Shown here: positions 17,302-25,730 of the stretch, piece after piece | Layout of the letters: each line of letters begins with the position of its first letter | Numbering within the stretch: position 1 is the stretch's first letter | Assembly (NCBI GenBank): GCA_050015075.1 | Contig: JBEKCB010000022.1 | Location: 1 to 64,000, forward strand | DNA length: 64,000 nt | Reading direction: 5' to 3' | DNA from: Candidatus Brocadiia bacterium | GTDB lineage: Bacteria; Planctomycetota; Brocadiia; CAIUPP01 | The notes under the pieces: generated by a model | Told to the model about the DNA's origin: nothing | Databases searched by the model: none | What the model saw: the letters and a program-made list of their open reading frames with translations, nothing else | Program-made: the position numbers and the translations under genes

Positions 17302-18666
17302 CTACGAAACGCGCACTGAGGCGGGTGCGGCCTGCCGGTCGCCGAGTGCGATGGCGGCGCAGGCCAGGAGCAGCGCCACGGTGGCCGGGAGCAGCGGTGT
17401 GTACGGCTTGAGCGGCTGGATCGCCACTCCGAGCAGCGCGAGCAGATAGACGACGAGCACCCAGCTCCATCGCACGGCCGCCGCGTCTTCCAGGACCATG
17501 ATCCGCATGAGGATGGCTGCGACCGGCAGGATGAGCAGGACGTGATGGCTGGTGAGCGAGACCTCGCTCAGGAGCATGATTCCCGGCGCGACGGCGGCCA
17601 TCAGGATCGCGGCGGACTTCGCGTCTCGCCCTCTTCCACACAGCGCCCACAGCAGCGCCAGCCCGAGCGCGACGAGCCCTTGCAGCGCCTTGACCAGCGC
17701 CGACACCGTGCCCGGCGAAAGCGAAACCAGGTTGATGTTCCGCTCGCCATTCGACTTGTCCACCGGAACAGGCCAAAGGAGCCGGTTGAACGCGGCCGTC
17801 AGCGACTGGTTCGACGGGCGATACGGGTTGCTGATGAATTCCGTCGTCCGGCCGGACTGATACGGCGCGACGACTTTTTCATACCACGAGAGGTGCAAGC
17901 TCCATGCCCGCTCCGGTCCCCAGAGCAGCACGGGCAGCACGGCGGTGCAGACGACGCCGGCGAAGATCATCCCGGCGAGCGCGCGCCACTGCCGCGTGAA
18001 GAGGAGGTACACGCCGAAAAGTCCCGGCAGCACCTTGAAGGCCGCGGCGAACCCCAGGAGCGCCCCGGCGCGGAATTTTTTCTCGCCGCGCGCCAGCCAG
18101 CAGAACGCCGCCGCGACCGGGAAGAGCACCAGCATGTCCGACTCGCACCGCGCCATCACGTCCAGCGCCAGCGGCGCGAGCAGGAGGAACACGAGCGCGA
18201 ACGCGCCGAACCGCAGCCGGCCTTTATCGGCCCATGCGCCGCAGCACCACGCCGCCGCGAGCGCGAAGGCGAAGCTCACCGCGAAGAACAGCGCGCTGCC
18301 CGCGAACGGAATCCGCCACAGCGCCGCGAACGGGAAGAACGCGATGCCGAAGAACGGCGGATACGCGCGGACGTGCTGCAAGTCCCGATACGGGTCCATG
18401 CCTTCCATCACCTCGCCCCAGGCGATGGTGCGGAAGCCGCGGAATTCGGAGGAGGCCCATTCCGCCTGCGAATCCCGGTGCTCGGAGATCATAGTCGGGC
18501 TGGCGTACTGCGGGCGCGGGACGAACGTCTTCTGCGGGAGTTCGGCGCGGATGACGGCGTCGGCGCCTATCCCGAGGAAGGCTGCCGCCACCGCGATCCA
18601 GAACATCCATCGCCCCGCCCGCGTTTCGAGCGCCTTCGCCGCCGCGCTGAGAGTGGCGCGCATCAT
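17302..18666 (-). CDS. GT87/DUF2029 family multi-TM glycosyltransferase
   Basis: AYPPFF, AGALLGFAAAFKVLPG, NQSL, HHVLL; many TM segments. Confidence 0.8.
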   Translation of the reverse strand: MMRATLSAAAKALETRAGRWMFWIAVAAAFLGIGADAVIRAELPQKTFVPRPQYASPTMISEHRDSQAEWASSEFRGFRTIAWGEVMEGMDPYRDLQHVRAYPPFFGIAFFPFAALWRIPFAGSALFFAVSFAFALAAAWCCGAWADKGRLRFGAFALVFLLLAPLALDVMARCESDMLVLFPVAAAFCWLARGEKKFRAGALLGFAAAFKVLPGLFGVYLLFTRQWRALAGMIFAGVVCTAVLPVLLWGPERAWSLHLSWYEKVVAPYQSGRTTEFISNPYRPSNQSLTAAFNRLLWPVPVDKSNGERNINLVSLSPGTVSALVKALQGLVALGLALLWALCGRGRDAKSAAILMAAVAPGIMLLSEVSLTSHHVLLILPVAAILMRIMVLEDAAAVRWSWVLVVYLLALLGVAIQPLKPYTPLLPATVALLLACAAIALGDRQAAPASVRVS

Positions 18667-18727
18667 GTCGCGTCCGCTCGTTCCGAATGAAGGCCGTTTT
18701 CAACACGGAGAAAAACGAACCGGTCGC

Positions 18728-20146
18728 TCAGGATTCCGCGTATTCCTGTGCCGCGCCTGCGGCCATCAGGTCGTGGTGCTCGCCGAGCAGATTCTCCGCG
18801 GCCTTGATGCCCATGTCAATATACCAGTCGCCGCTGGTGTAACGGAAGAGGCCGTTGCGGCCGGCGGATTGGAGATTGCCGAACTGCCGCAGGAAATCGA
18901 GGATCGTGTGCATCCGCCGCGCGTAATCGTTGACGTAGAGCGGATAAGCCTTGGGCAGCCGCACGATGCAGCCGCCCGAGACCTGTTTCTCCTCGATCAG
19001 CTTCAGCTCGGCCAGCCGCTTGGCGACTCGCTTGAGCACCGACTCTTCCGGCTCAGTCCAGACCGGGTCGGTCTCGAAGCAGAACACCTCGACCACCAGG
19101 CTCGTCCGGCCGGCGGGCGCCATGGCCGCGCTCCAGTTCTTCGGCTCGTGCATCCGGCCGAAGAACACGTCGCCGGAGGAAAAGTAAATCCAGTGGTCGG
19201 GCGTCACCTGCTCCCGGTCCAGCGTCAGGAAGGCGATGACGATGGCGCGATATCGCAGGCCGTCGGCGGCTTCGAGGACGACCGGCGGCGGCGCCGGCGA
19301 AAGGGCGTGGAGGAATTCGTTGACCGGGATCGTGTTGATGAAATTCTCCGCCGTGAAGCGAACCTCGCGGCCTTCAGTCCGGCAGATCGCCGCCGTCACG
19401 CGCCGGCCGTCGTGCTCGACGCGGACGACCGGCGAATTCAGGCGTAGCGCGCCGGCCGGGAGCGCCGCCGCCATCTGCTCCGGGATCCGGCCGAAGCCCA
19501 GGCGCGGGTAGATAAACCGGCTGGCGAGCGTCGCGGGCGCATCCTTTGACGGCAGGAGCATGCTGCGCAGCGCGGCGCGGAAGGACATCCCCTTGATCCG
19601 CTGCGCGGCGAAATCCGCGCCGAGTTGCGAACACGGGATGCCCCAGACTTTCTCGCTGTACGGCTTGAAGTAGATCTCGTACAGGCGGCGGCCGAAACGG
19701 TTCACGACCCATTGCTCGAAGGTGCGCTCTGGGGTCCGGTGATGGAGGATCGGGGCGCGCAGTATCTTCTGCGCGGCGTAGCTGCCTGCGACGGCGAGCG
19801 AACGGCTCGCGCCGAGCCCCGTCAGCGCGTTGAAGAAACTCAGCGGGTAATCCACGAACTTTCCGTCGAGGTAAATACGGCTCACGCGGTCCACGGTGAT
19901 CAGCTCGTCGCCCAGCAATTCGCGCACGAGGTCGAGCACGCGCTGGTTCTTCGTATAGAAGCGGTGCCCGCCCAGGTCGAAGCGGAAGCCGTCGTAGGGC
20001 ACGGTGCGCGAGGCGCCGCCGAGGACGCGGTCCGCCTCGAGGACCTGCACCGGCACGCCGTTGCGCCGAAGGACGTACGCCGCCGTCAGCCCGGTCAGGC
20101 CGGCGCCGAGAATCGCCGCCGGTTTGGGAAGTTCCTTCGCGCTCAT
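18728..20146 (-). CDS. FAD-dependent oxidoreductase (protoporphyrinogen oxidase/UDP-galactopyranose mutase-like family)
   Basis: ILGAGLTGLTAA, GGASRT...FDLGGHRFYTK, YSEKVWG, KAYPLY, AGRNGLFRY; start ATG 20146 after GGAGG. Confidence 0.85.
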   Translation of the reverse strand: MSAKELPKPAAILGAGLTGLTAAYVLRRNGVPVQVLEADRVLGGASRTVPYDGFRFDLGGHRFYTKNQRVLDLVRELLGDELITVDRVSRIYLDGKFVDYPLSFFNALTGLGASRSLAVAGSYAAQKILRAPILHHRTPERTFEQWVVNRFGRRLYEIYFKPYSEKVWGIPCSQLGADFAAQRIKGMSFRAALRSMLLPSKDAPATLASRFIYPRLGFGRIPEQMAAALPAGALRLNSPVVRVEHDGRRVTAAICRTEGREVRFTAENFINTIPVNEFLHALSPAPPPVVLEAADGLRYRAIVIAFLTLDREQVTPDHWIYFSSGDVFFGRMHEPKNWSAAMAPAGRTSLVVEVFCFETDPVWTEPEESVLKRVAKRLAELKLIEEKQVSGGCIVRLPKAYPLYVNDYARRMHTILDFLRQFGNLQSAGRNGLFRYTSGDWYIDMGIKAAENLLGEHHDLMAAGAAQEYAES

Positions 20147-20967
20147 CCGTCCTCCGATTGCGAACCGCCGAGTGCCAGGAATTGGCTGCATGTCACCGAG
20201 CGGCCGGCGCATCGCGCCAGCGTCCGGTCGAGGATCGGCCACGCCGCCGCGCCGGAATTGCGCCGGAGCGGCAACCGCAGATGCCACGGGAGCATCCGCG
20301 CGAGCGACGGATCAGCCAGTTCGTGCAGATGGAAATAGATCATCGGCGCGCGCGGCGAGACCAGCCGCTCGCCCAGCGGCGCCAGCAGCCGCAGATACGT
20401 CAGGCTGAACGGAATCCAGCCTATCCGCAGCGCCACGGCCGGAATCTCCGCAATTCCGTCCTCGCGCGTCACTCGCCAGGACTTCGGGCGCGCGTTCCGC
20501 GGCGAAGGCGACACCGCGCCGCGCGACGAATCGTACTCGTAGCCGGCCGCCTTGAGCAGCCGAAACCATTCCGGCGGCGTCCTGAGAAACGGCGCGCGGA
20601 ACCCGACCACCGGATGCGCGAACGCCGCCTCCAGCCGGCGCCGCGACTCCGCCAGTTCGAAGGCGACTTCTTTCTCGCCCAGGCCCGCCAGGACGCGGTG
20701 CGTCAGCCCGTGCGAGGCGACCTCGTGTCCGGAAAAAGTCTCGCGGAACAGGTCGGCGCAGCTTTCCAGCAGGTCCGCCACGACGAAGAACGTCGCGCGC
20801 ACGTTGCGGCGGCGGAACAGATCGCCGAGTCGCGGGAGCACCTCGCGGATCGCCTGGCAGCCGCGAATGCCCCAGTCCGGCTCCACGTCCACCGTCACCA
20901 TGAACGGAGCATCGCGCCGCACGGCGTATCTTCCGGGGCTCTGAAGGGAAAGCCGGCGAAGCGCCAT
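20143..20967 (-). CDS. Polysaccharide deacetylase family protein
   Basis: VTVDVEPDW, ATFFVV, HEVASHGLTH, GFRAP, YDSS, YFHLHE. Confidence 0.85.
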   Translation of the reverse strand: MALRRLSLQSPGRYAVRRDAPFMVTVDVEPDWGIRGCQAIREVLPRLGDLFRRRNVRATFFVVADLLESCADLFRETFSGHEVASHGLTHRVLAGLGEKEVAFELAESRRRLEAAFAHPVVGFRAPFLRTPPEWFRLLKAAGYEYDSSRGAVSPSPRNARPKSWRVTREDGIAEIPAVALRIGWIPFSLTYLRLLAPLGERLVSPRAPMIYFHLHELADPSLARMLPWHLRLPLRRNSGAAAWPILDRTLARCAGRSVTCSQFLALGGSQSEDG

Positions 20968-21057
20968 GACCCGGGCGCACCCTGCATCCCGCCGCACTCG
21001 GCCGCAGTCTATCAAGTCGCGCGGAGCTTCGCAACTGAGCGTCGTTTGAACCTGTCC

Positions 21058-21086
21058 TTGAAATCTCCGTTACCGCGTGGTAACCT
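21058..21086 (+). promoter_or_regulatory. TA promoter with overlapping palindrome
   Basis: TTGAAA-N17-TAACCT; inverted repeat GTTACC-GCGT-GGTAAC (21069-21084) overlaps the -10. Confidence 0.55.
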
Positions 21087-21103
21087 GCACTCGGAGGTGG
21101 ATC

Positions 21104-21319
21104 ATGACGAAGATGCTCGAAAGGGCGTTCAAAAAGGCCGCATCGCTCCCGAAACCTGACCAGGATGCGCTGGCCGAATGGCTCTTGCAGGAACTGGAGT
21201 CCGAGACGCGGTGGCAGGACCTCTTCACCAAGTCGCAAGACGGCCTGAGCAGGCTGGCCGCAGAGGCGCTGGAGGAGCACCGCCTGGGCAAAACGAAGCG
21301 GCTTGATCCCGGCAAGTGA
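21104..21319 (+). CDS. Putative type II antitoxin
   Basis: MTKMLERAFKKAASLPKPDQDALAEWLLQELESETRW...LAAEALEEHRLGKT; GGAGG RBS; overlaps the downstream toxin start. Confidence 0.8.
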   Translation: MTKMLERAFKKAASLPKPDQDALAEWLLQELESETRWQDLFTKSQDGLSRLAAEALEEHRLGKTKRLDPGK

Positions 21320-21587
21320 TGACATCGCGCACCACGAAGCGCTTCCGCAATAACCTCCGCGTTCTGCCGGCTGAAGTGCGGAAGCAAGCCGCGGTGGCTT
21401 ATCAACTCTACCACCACAATCGCCGGCATCCCGCCTGCAGTTCAAACAAGTCCACGCGACCGAGCCTGTCTATTCCGTTCGCATCAGCCGCAACTACCGA
21501 GCCGTTGGCGTCCTTCTCGGCCAGGAGATGCTCTGGTTCTGGATCGGTGCGCACGGTGACTACGAGAAACTGCTAAGGGGTCTGTAG
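21316..21587 (+). pseudogene. RelE/ParE-like toxin, frameshifted near 21433
   Basis: SRTTKRFR..LPAEVRKQA..AYQL...HP, then in a shifted frame LQFKQVHATEPVYSVRISRNYRAVGV...WFWIGAHGDYEKLL; one base appears missing. Confidence 0.8.
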
Positions 21588-21801
21588 ATGACTTCGCCCG
21601 CCAGCTTGTGAGCGAGTCCGGCAAGGTCGTCAACAATGCTCATTAGCGCGCCTCCGGCTCCGTGCTCGATCCCGTCTCCGTGAGCGAAGCGGGCGCGACC
21701 GTTGATCGTCCGCCTTCCCGCCGCCTTCGATTGACTGGCATTGCATCGGCCCGTTTGCGATAATACGCGCGGGGTGTAACGATCCTTTGGAGGTTGGAAC
21801 C

Positions 21802-22029
21802 ATGGCCTTGTCTAAGAAGAACGAGCCGGTCTGCCCGTTCCATCGCGCGGAGATGGTGATGGACGATCTGAGCAAGCAGTGGCGCGTCAAGGCGAAGGAG
21901 CTGACGCCGCAAGCCGCCGGCGCGCTCGCGCAGTCTCTCCGATCGCTTCGGAAGATCCTCGACCGCCGGATTCACGACATCGAGAAGAACGAGCGCCCCG
22001 AGAAGGAAAAACGGTCCCCGTCCGAGTGA
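21802..22029 (+). CDS. Hypothetical small protein
   Basis: GGAGG RBS; 75 aa helical ORF with host-like codon usage, upstream of the glycogen genes. Confidence 0.6.
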   Translation: MALSKKNEPVCPFHRAEMVMDDLSKQWRVKAKELTPQAAGALAQSLRSLRKILDRRIHDIEKNERPEKEKRSPSE

Positions 22030-22100
22030 AGCTGTGCGCGGGCGCATGAACGCTCTGCCTCAGGCAAGCCGGCATCCATTGACGCCACCCGGGGATTGAC

Positions 22101-24182
22101 ATGCAACCGATTCACCTCGCGTTCCTTTTTCACCAGCACCAGCCGTTCTACAAAGACATTCTCCGCAACCGCTACGTGCTGCCGTGGGTGCGGCTGCACT
22201 CGATCAAGAGTTACACCGGGCTGCTCCTGGTGCTGAAAGAATTCCCGGAGATCCGCGCGACGATCAACGTCGTGCCGTCGCTGATCGCGCAGATCGAGGA
22301 ATACGCCGCCGGCCGAGCCGTGGATGAGGCGCTGCGCCTCACGCGCAAGCCGGCCGACAGCCTGACCGAGTCGGACTGCCTGCATATGCTCGACAACTTT
22401 TTCGTCGGGTATGCGCCGAAGGTCGTTGATATCTTCCCGCGGTACCGCGAGCTGATGGAGTTGCGCAACGCTCGCGGCCGGACGGCGGCGCAGGCGCTCC
22501 CGGATTTCCCGGCGGCGGTGCTGCGCGACCTGCAGGTCTGGGCGACGCTGGCCTGGTTCCATCCGCTGCTCGTCGCGCGCGACCCGGTGCTTCAGCAACT
22601 GCGCCGCAAAGGGCGCGATTTCACCGAGACGGATAAGGAGACGATGCTCCGACGGCAGGACGAAGTCCTCCGCGGCGTGCTGCCGCTCCACCGGCAGATG
22701 GCGGAATCCGGCCAGATCGAACTCTCCACGACGCCCTTCTATCACCCGATCCTTCCGCTGCTCATCAACCCCGAGTGCGCGCGCGAGGCGATGCCGGACG
22801 TGCCGATGCCCGACGTGCGCGCCGACTTCGCGCCGGACGCCGCGGTGCACGTGCAACGAGCGCTCGACCTCGCCACGCGCACGTTCGGCCGCAAGCCCTG
22901 CGGCCTGTGGCCGGCCGAAGGTTCCGTGAGCATGGACATTCTGCCGCTGCTGCGCGAGCACGGCATCCGCTGGATCGCGACCGATGAGCAAATCCTCGCC
23001 CGCGCCGCCGGGATTGACCTCTCGCGCGACCACTCGGCCAGCCTGATTCATCCGGACGCGCTCTACCAGCCTTACGCGTTGCCCGGCGACGGATCGCCGG
23101 CCATCGTCTTCCGCGACCGCGGGATCTCCGACGCGATCGGGTTCGAGTATCACCACGGCGACGCGGCGCCCTGCGCGGAGAATCTCGTCTGGCGCGTCTC
23201 CGAAGGCGCGCGCCGGTGCAGCGGCTCGCCGCGGCTCGTCTCGGTGATCCTCGACGGCGAGAATCCGTGGGACCATTACGAGGAGGCCGGCGTGCCGTTC
23301 CTGCGCGAGGTGTTCTCGCGGCTCCTGCGCAGCCCGGATATCCGCACGACGCGCCTGTGCGATTACATCCATGAGCACCCGCCCGAGAAGAAACTCGAGC
23401 GGCTGCCCGCCGGCTCGTGGATTGATGCGAATTTCGCAGTCTGGATCGGCAGCCCGGACGACCGCGCCGCATGGAGCCTGGGGGCCGAGGCGCGCAATGC
23501 GCTGACGCGCCGCATCGCCGCCGGCCCGCCCCTCGACCCGAACGCGCTGCGGATGGCGTGGGAGGAAATCTATATCGCCGAGGGCAGCGACTGGTGCTGG
23601 TGGCTCGGCGGCGATCGCACCTCGGACCAGGACTACCTGTTCGACGAACTGTTCCGCAATCACCTGTCGAACATGTACCGGTTCATCGGCCTGGAGCCGC
23701 CGCCGTCGCTGGCGCAGCCGATCGGCAAGCCGCTGAAGTCGGCGCAGGAAGGCGGACTCGACATGGACCTGGCGACCGACGGGCTGCCGGGCGTCCGCGC
23801 GGGCTGGAAGCCGGCCGGGTATCGGCGCTTCGGCGCGGAGAGTTCCGCGATGCGCCGCTCGGGTGAAATCGCCGGGGCCCTGGTCTATTGGTTCGCCGAC
23901 AAACAGTTCTTCCTGAACCTGAAGGCGGGCGGATACGGCGAGGCGGTCCAGTTCGACATCGTCTTCGCGAACTCCGGCATGAAACGAGTCTCCGTCGCGC
24001 CCGCGCGCGCCACGCAGCAGGAGTCCGGCGCGGCCCGCTTCAGCGCGCCGGTCTCGGCGCTTGTCGGGCAGACTGAAGATCAGATACAATTCTACGTCGA
24101 GGTCCGGCATGGCAATAAGACGGTGCTAAGAGTTCCCGAGAGCGGGGTCATTCCAGCAGCCGTTCCGGCCGAAGCCCGCTAG
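22101..24182 (+). CDS. Glycoside hydrolase family 57 (amylopullulanase-like)
   Basis: HQHQPFY, PWVRLH, TPFYHPILPLL, GLWPAEGSVS, ILDGENPW, AEGSDWCWW. Confidence 0.92.
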   Translation: MQPIHLAFLFHQHQPFYKDILRNRYVLPWVRLHSIKSYTGLLLVLKEFPEIRATINVVPSLIAQIEEYAAGRAVDEALRLTRKPADSLTESDCLHMLDNFFVGYAPKVVDIFPRYRELMELRNARGRTAAQALPDFPAAVLRDLQVWATLAWFHPLLVARDPVLQQLRRKGRDFTETDKETMLRRQDEVLRGVLPLHRQMAESGQIELSTTPFYHPILPLLINPECAREAMPDVPMPDVRADFAPDAAVHVQRALDLATRTFGRKPCGLWPAEGSVSMDILPLLREHGIRWIATDEQILARAAGIDLSRDHSASLIHPDALYQPYALPGDGSPAIVFRDRGISDAIGFEYHHGDAAPCAENLVWRVSEGARRCSGSPRLVSVILDGENPWDHYEEAGVPFLREVFSRLLRSPDIRTTRLCDYIHEHPPEKKLERLPAGSWIDANFAVWIGSPDDRAAWSLGAEARNALTRRIAAGPPLDPNALRMAWEEIYIAEGSDWCWWLGGDRTSDQDYLFDELFRNHLSNMYRFIGLEPPPSLAQPIGKPLKSAQEGGLDMDLATDGLPGVRAGWKPAGYRRFGAESSAMRRSGEIAGALVYWFADKQFFLNLKAGGYGEAVQFDIVFANSGMKRVSVAPARATQQESGAARFSAPVSALVGQTEDQIQFYVEVRHGNKTVLRVPESGVIPAAVPAEAR

Positions 24183-24233
24183 CGCCGGAGCGCGCACACT
24201 CTTCTGCGGCGAAGAACCAGCGAGAAATCCAGC

Positions 24234-25715
24234 ATGAAAATCGCCATCGTGGCGTCCGAGGCGGTGCCGTTCGCGAAAACGGGCGGGCTTGCCGACGTGA
24301 CGGGCGCATTGCCGAAGGCGCTGTTCCGGCTCGGACATGAGCCGATCCTGATCCTGCCGCTCCACCGCGCGGTGCGGCGCTCCGGCGCGGCCCTCTCCGA
24401 GGCGGGAAGCATCGTCGTGCCCGTCGGCAAACGCTGGATCGAATCGCGGCTCTGGCGCGGCGAGGTCCCCGGCATTGACGCCGCCGCCTATTTTCTGGAG
24501 CAGGACTCGTATTTCGACCGCGACGGGCTCTACGGTTATAACGATGATTACACGGACAACTGCGAGCGGTTCTCGTTCCTCTCGCGCGGCGCGCTGGAGG
24601 CGGTCCGAAGCCTCGGCTTCGACGCGGACGTGTTCCACCTCCACGATTGGCAAAGCTCGCTCGTCGCGCCTTACCTGCGCATCCTGTACTCGGCGGACCC
24701 GCTCCTCCGCGGCGCCGCCGCACTTCTGACGATCCACAACATCGCCTACCAGGGAGTTTTCTGGCATTGGGACATGGACCTGCTCGGGCTCGACTGGTCG
24801 CACTTCAATGTCCGCGAGTTCGAGTTCTGGGGCAAGATCAACCTGCTCAAGGCCGGGATAATGTACTCCGACGTCGTGAACACCGTCAGCCCGACTTACG
24901 CGCGCGAGATTCAAACGCTGGAACAGGGCTGGGGCCTGGACGGCGTCCTGCGCGACCGGCACGACGTGGTGCACGGCGTGGTCAACGGAATTGACGATGC
25001 GGTTTGGAATCCCGCCGCCGACCCGCACCTGACGGCGCGCTTCGGCCCCGAGGACCTGCGCGGCAAGGCCGCCTGCAAGGCCGCGTTACAGCGACAATGC
25101 GGGCTGCCGCAACGCAAGGTCCCGCTGATCGGCATCGTCAGCCGCTTCGCCGAGCAGAAAGGGCTGGACCTCGTCGCCCAGGCGCTGCCGGACCTGTTCG
25201 ACCGCGGGCCGCTCCAATGCGTCATCCTCGGCGACGGCGGCAATGGAGTCCAACTCCTGATCGAGAGCGTGGCCAAGCAGTTCCCGGACCGCCTGCGCAG
25301 CTTCGCGCAGATGGATGAGCGCCTGGCGCATCGCATCATCGCCGGCGCGGACATGATACTGGTCCCCTCGCGCTTTGAGCCGTGCGGCCTGACGCAGTTG
25401 TACGGGCTCAAATACGGCAGCGTGCCGATCGTCCGGCGGACCGGCGGGTTGGTGGACACGGTGGCCGACTGCACGCCGGAGACGCTCGCGGCGGGGACGG
25501 CGACCGGGTTCCTGTTCGACGACCCGACGCCGGAAGCGCTCGGCGAATGCGTCCAGCGGGCGCTGAATCTCTATCGCGACGCGGCCTCCTGGAAACGCCT
25601 GATGGCCGCCGGCATGTCGCAGGACTGGTCCTGGGAATCGAGCGCGAAACGCTATCTCGATCTCTACGCGGAGGCGCGGGCGCTTCATCAATCAGGAGGC
25701 CGGATCCCGCACTGA
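24234..25715 (+). CDS. glgA: Glycogen synthase
   Basis: SEAVPFAKTGGLADV, HLHDWQ, TIHNIAYQG, NTVSPTYAREI, PSRFEPCGLTQL. Confidence 0.95.
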   Translation: MKIAIVASEAVPFAKTGGLADVTGALPKALFRLGHEPILILPLHRAVRRSGAALSEAGSIVVPVGKRWIESRLWRGEVPGIDAAAYFLEQDSYFDRDGLYGYNDDYTDNCERFSFLSRGALEAVRSLGFDADVFHLHDWQSSLVAPYLRILYSADPLLRGAAALLTIHNIAYQGVFWHWDMDLLGLDWSHFNVREFEFWGKINLLKAGIMYSDVVNTVSPTYAREIQTLEQGWGLDGVLRDRHDVVHGVVNGIDDAVWNPAADPHLTARFGPEDLRGKAACKAALQRQCGLPQRKVPLIGIVSRFAEQKGLDLVAQALPDLFDRGPLQCVILGDGGNGVQLLIESVAKQFPDRLRSFAQMDERLAHRIIAGADMILVPSRFEPCGLTQLYGLKYGSVPIVRRTGGLVDTVADCTPETLAAGTATGFLFDDPTPEALGECVQRALNLYRDAASWKRLMAAGMSQDWSWESSAKRYLDLYAEARALHQSGGRIPH

Positions 25716-25730
25716 TACTGGCAGGGGCAA

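Noticed and set aside
21425-21440. Programmed ribosomal frameshift in the toxin
   Set aside because: No slippery heptamer or homopolymer run at the shift site; a simple deletion or sequencing error is more likely
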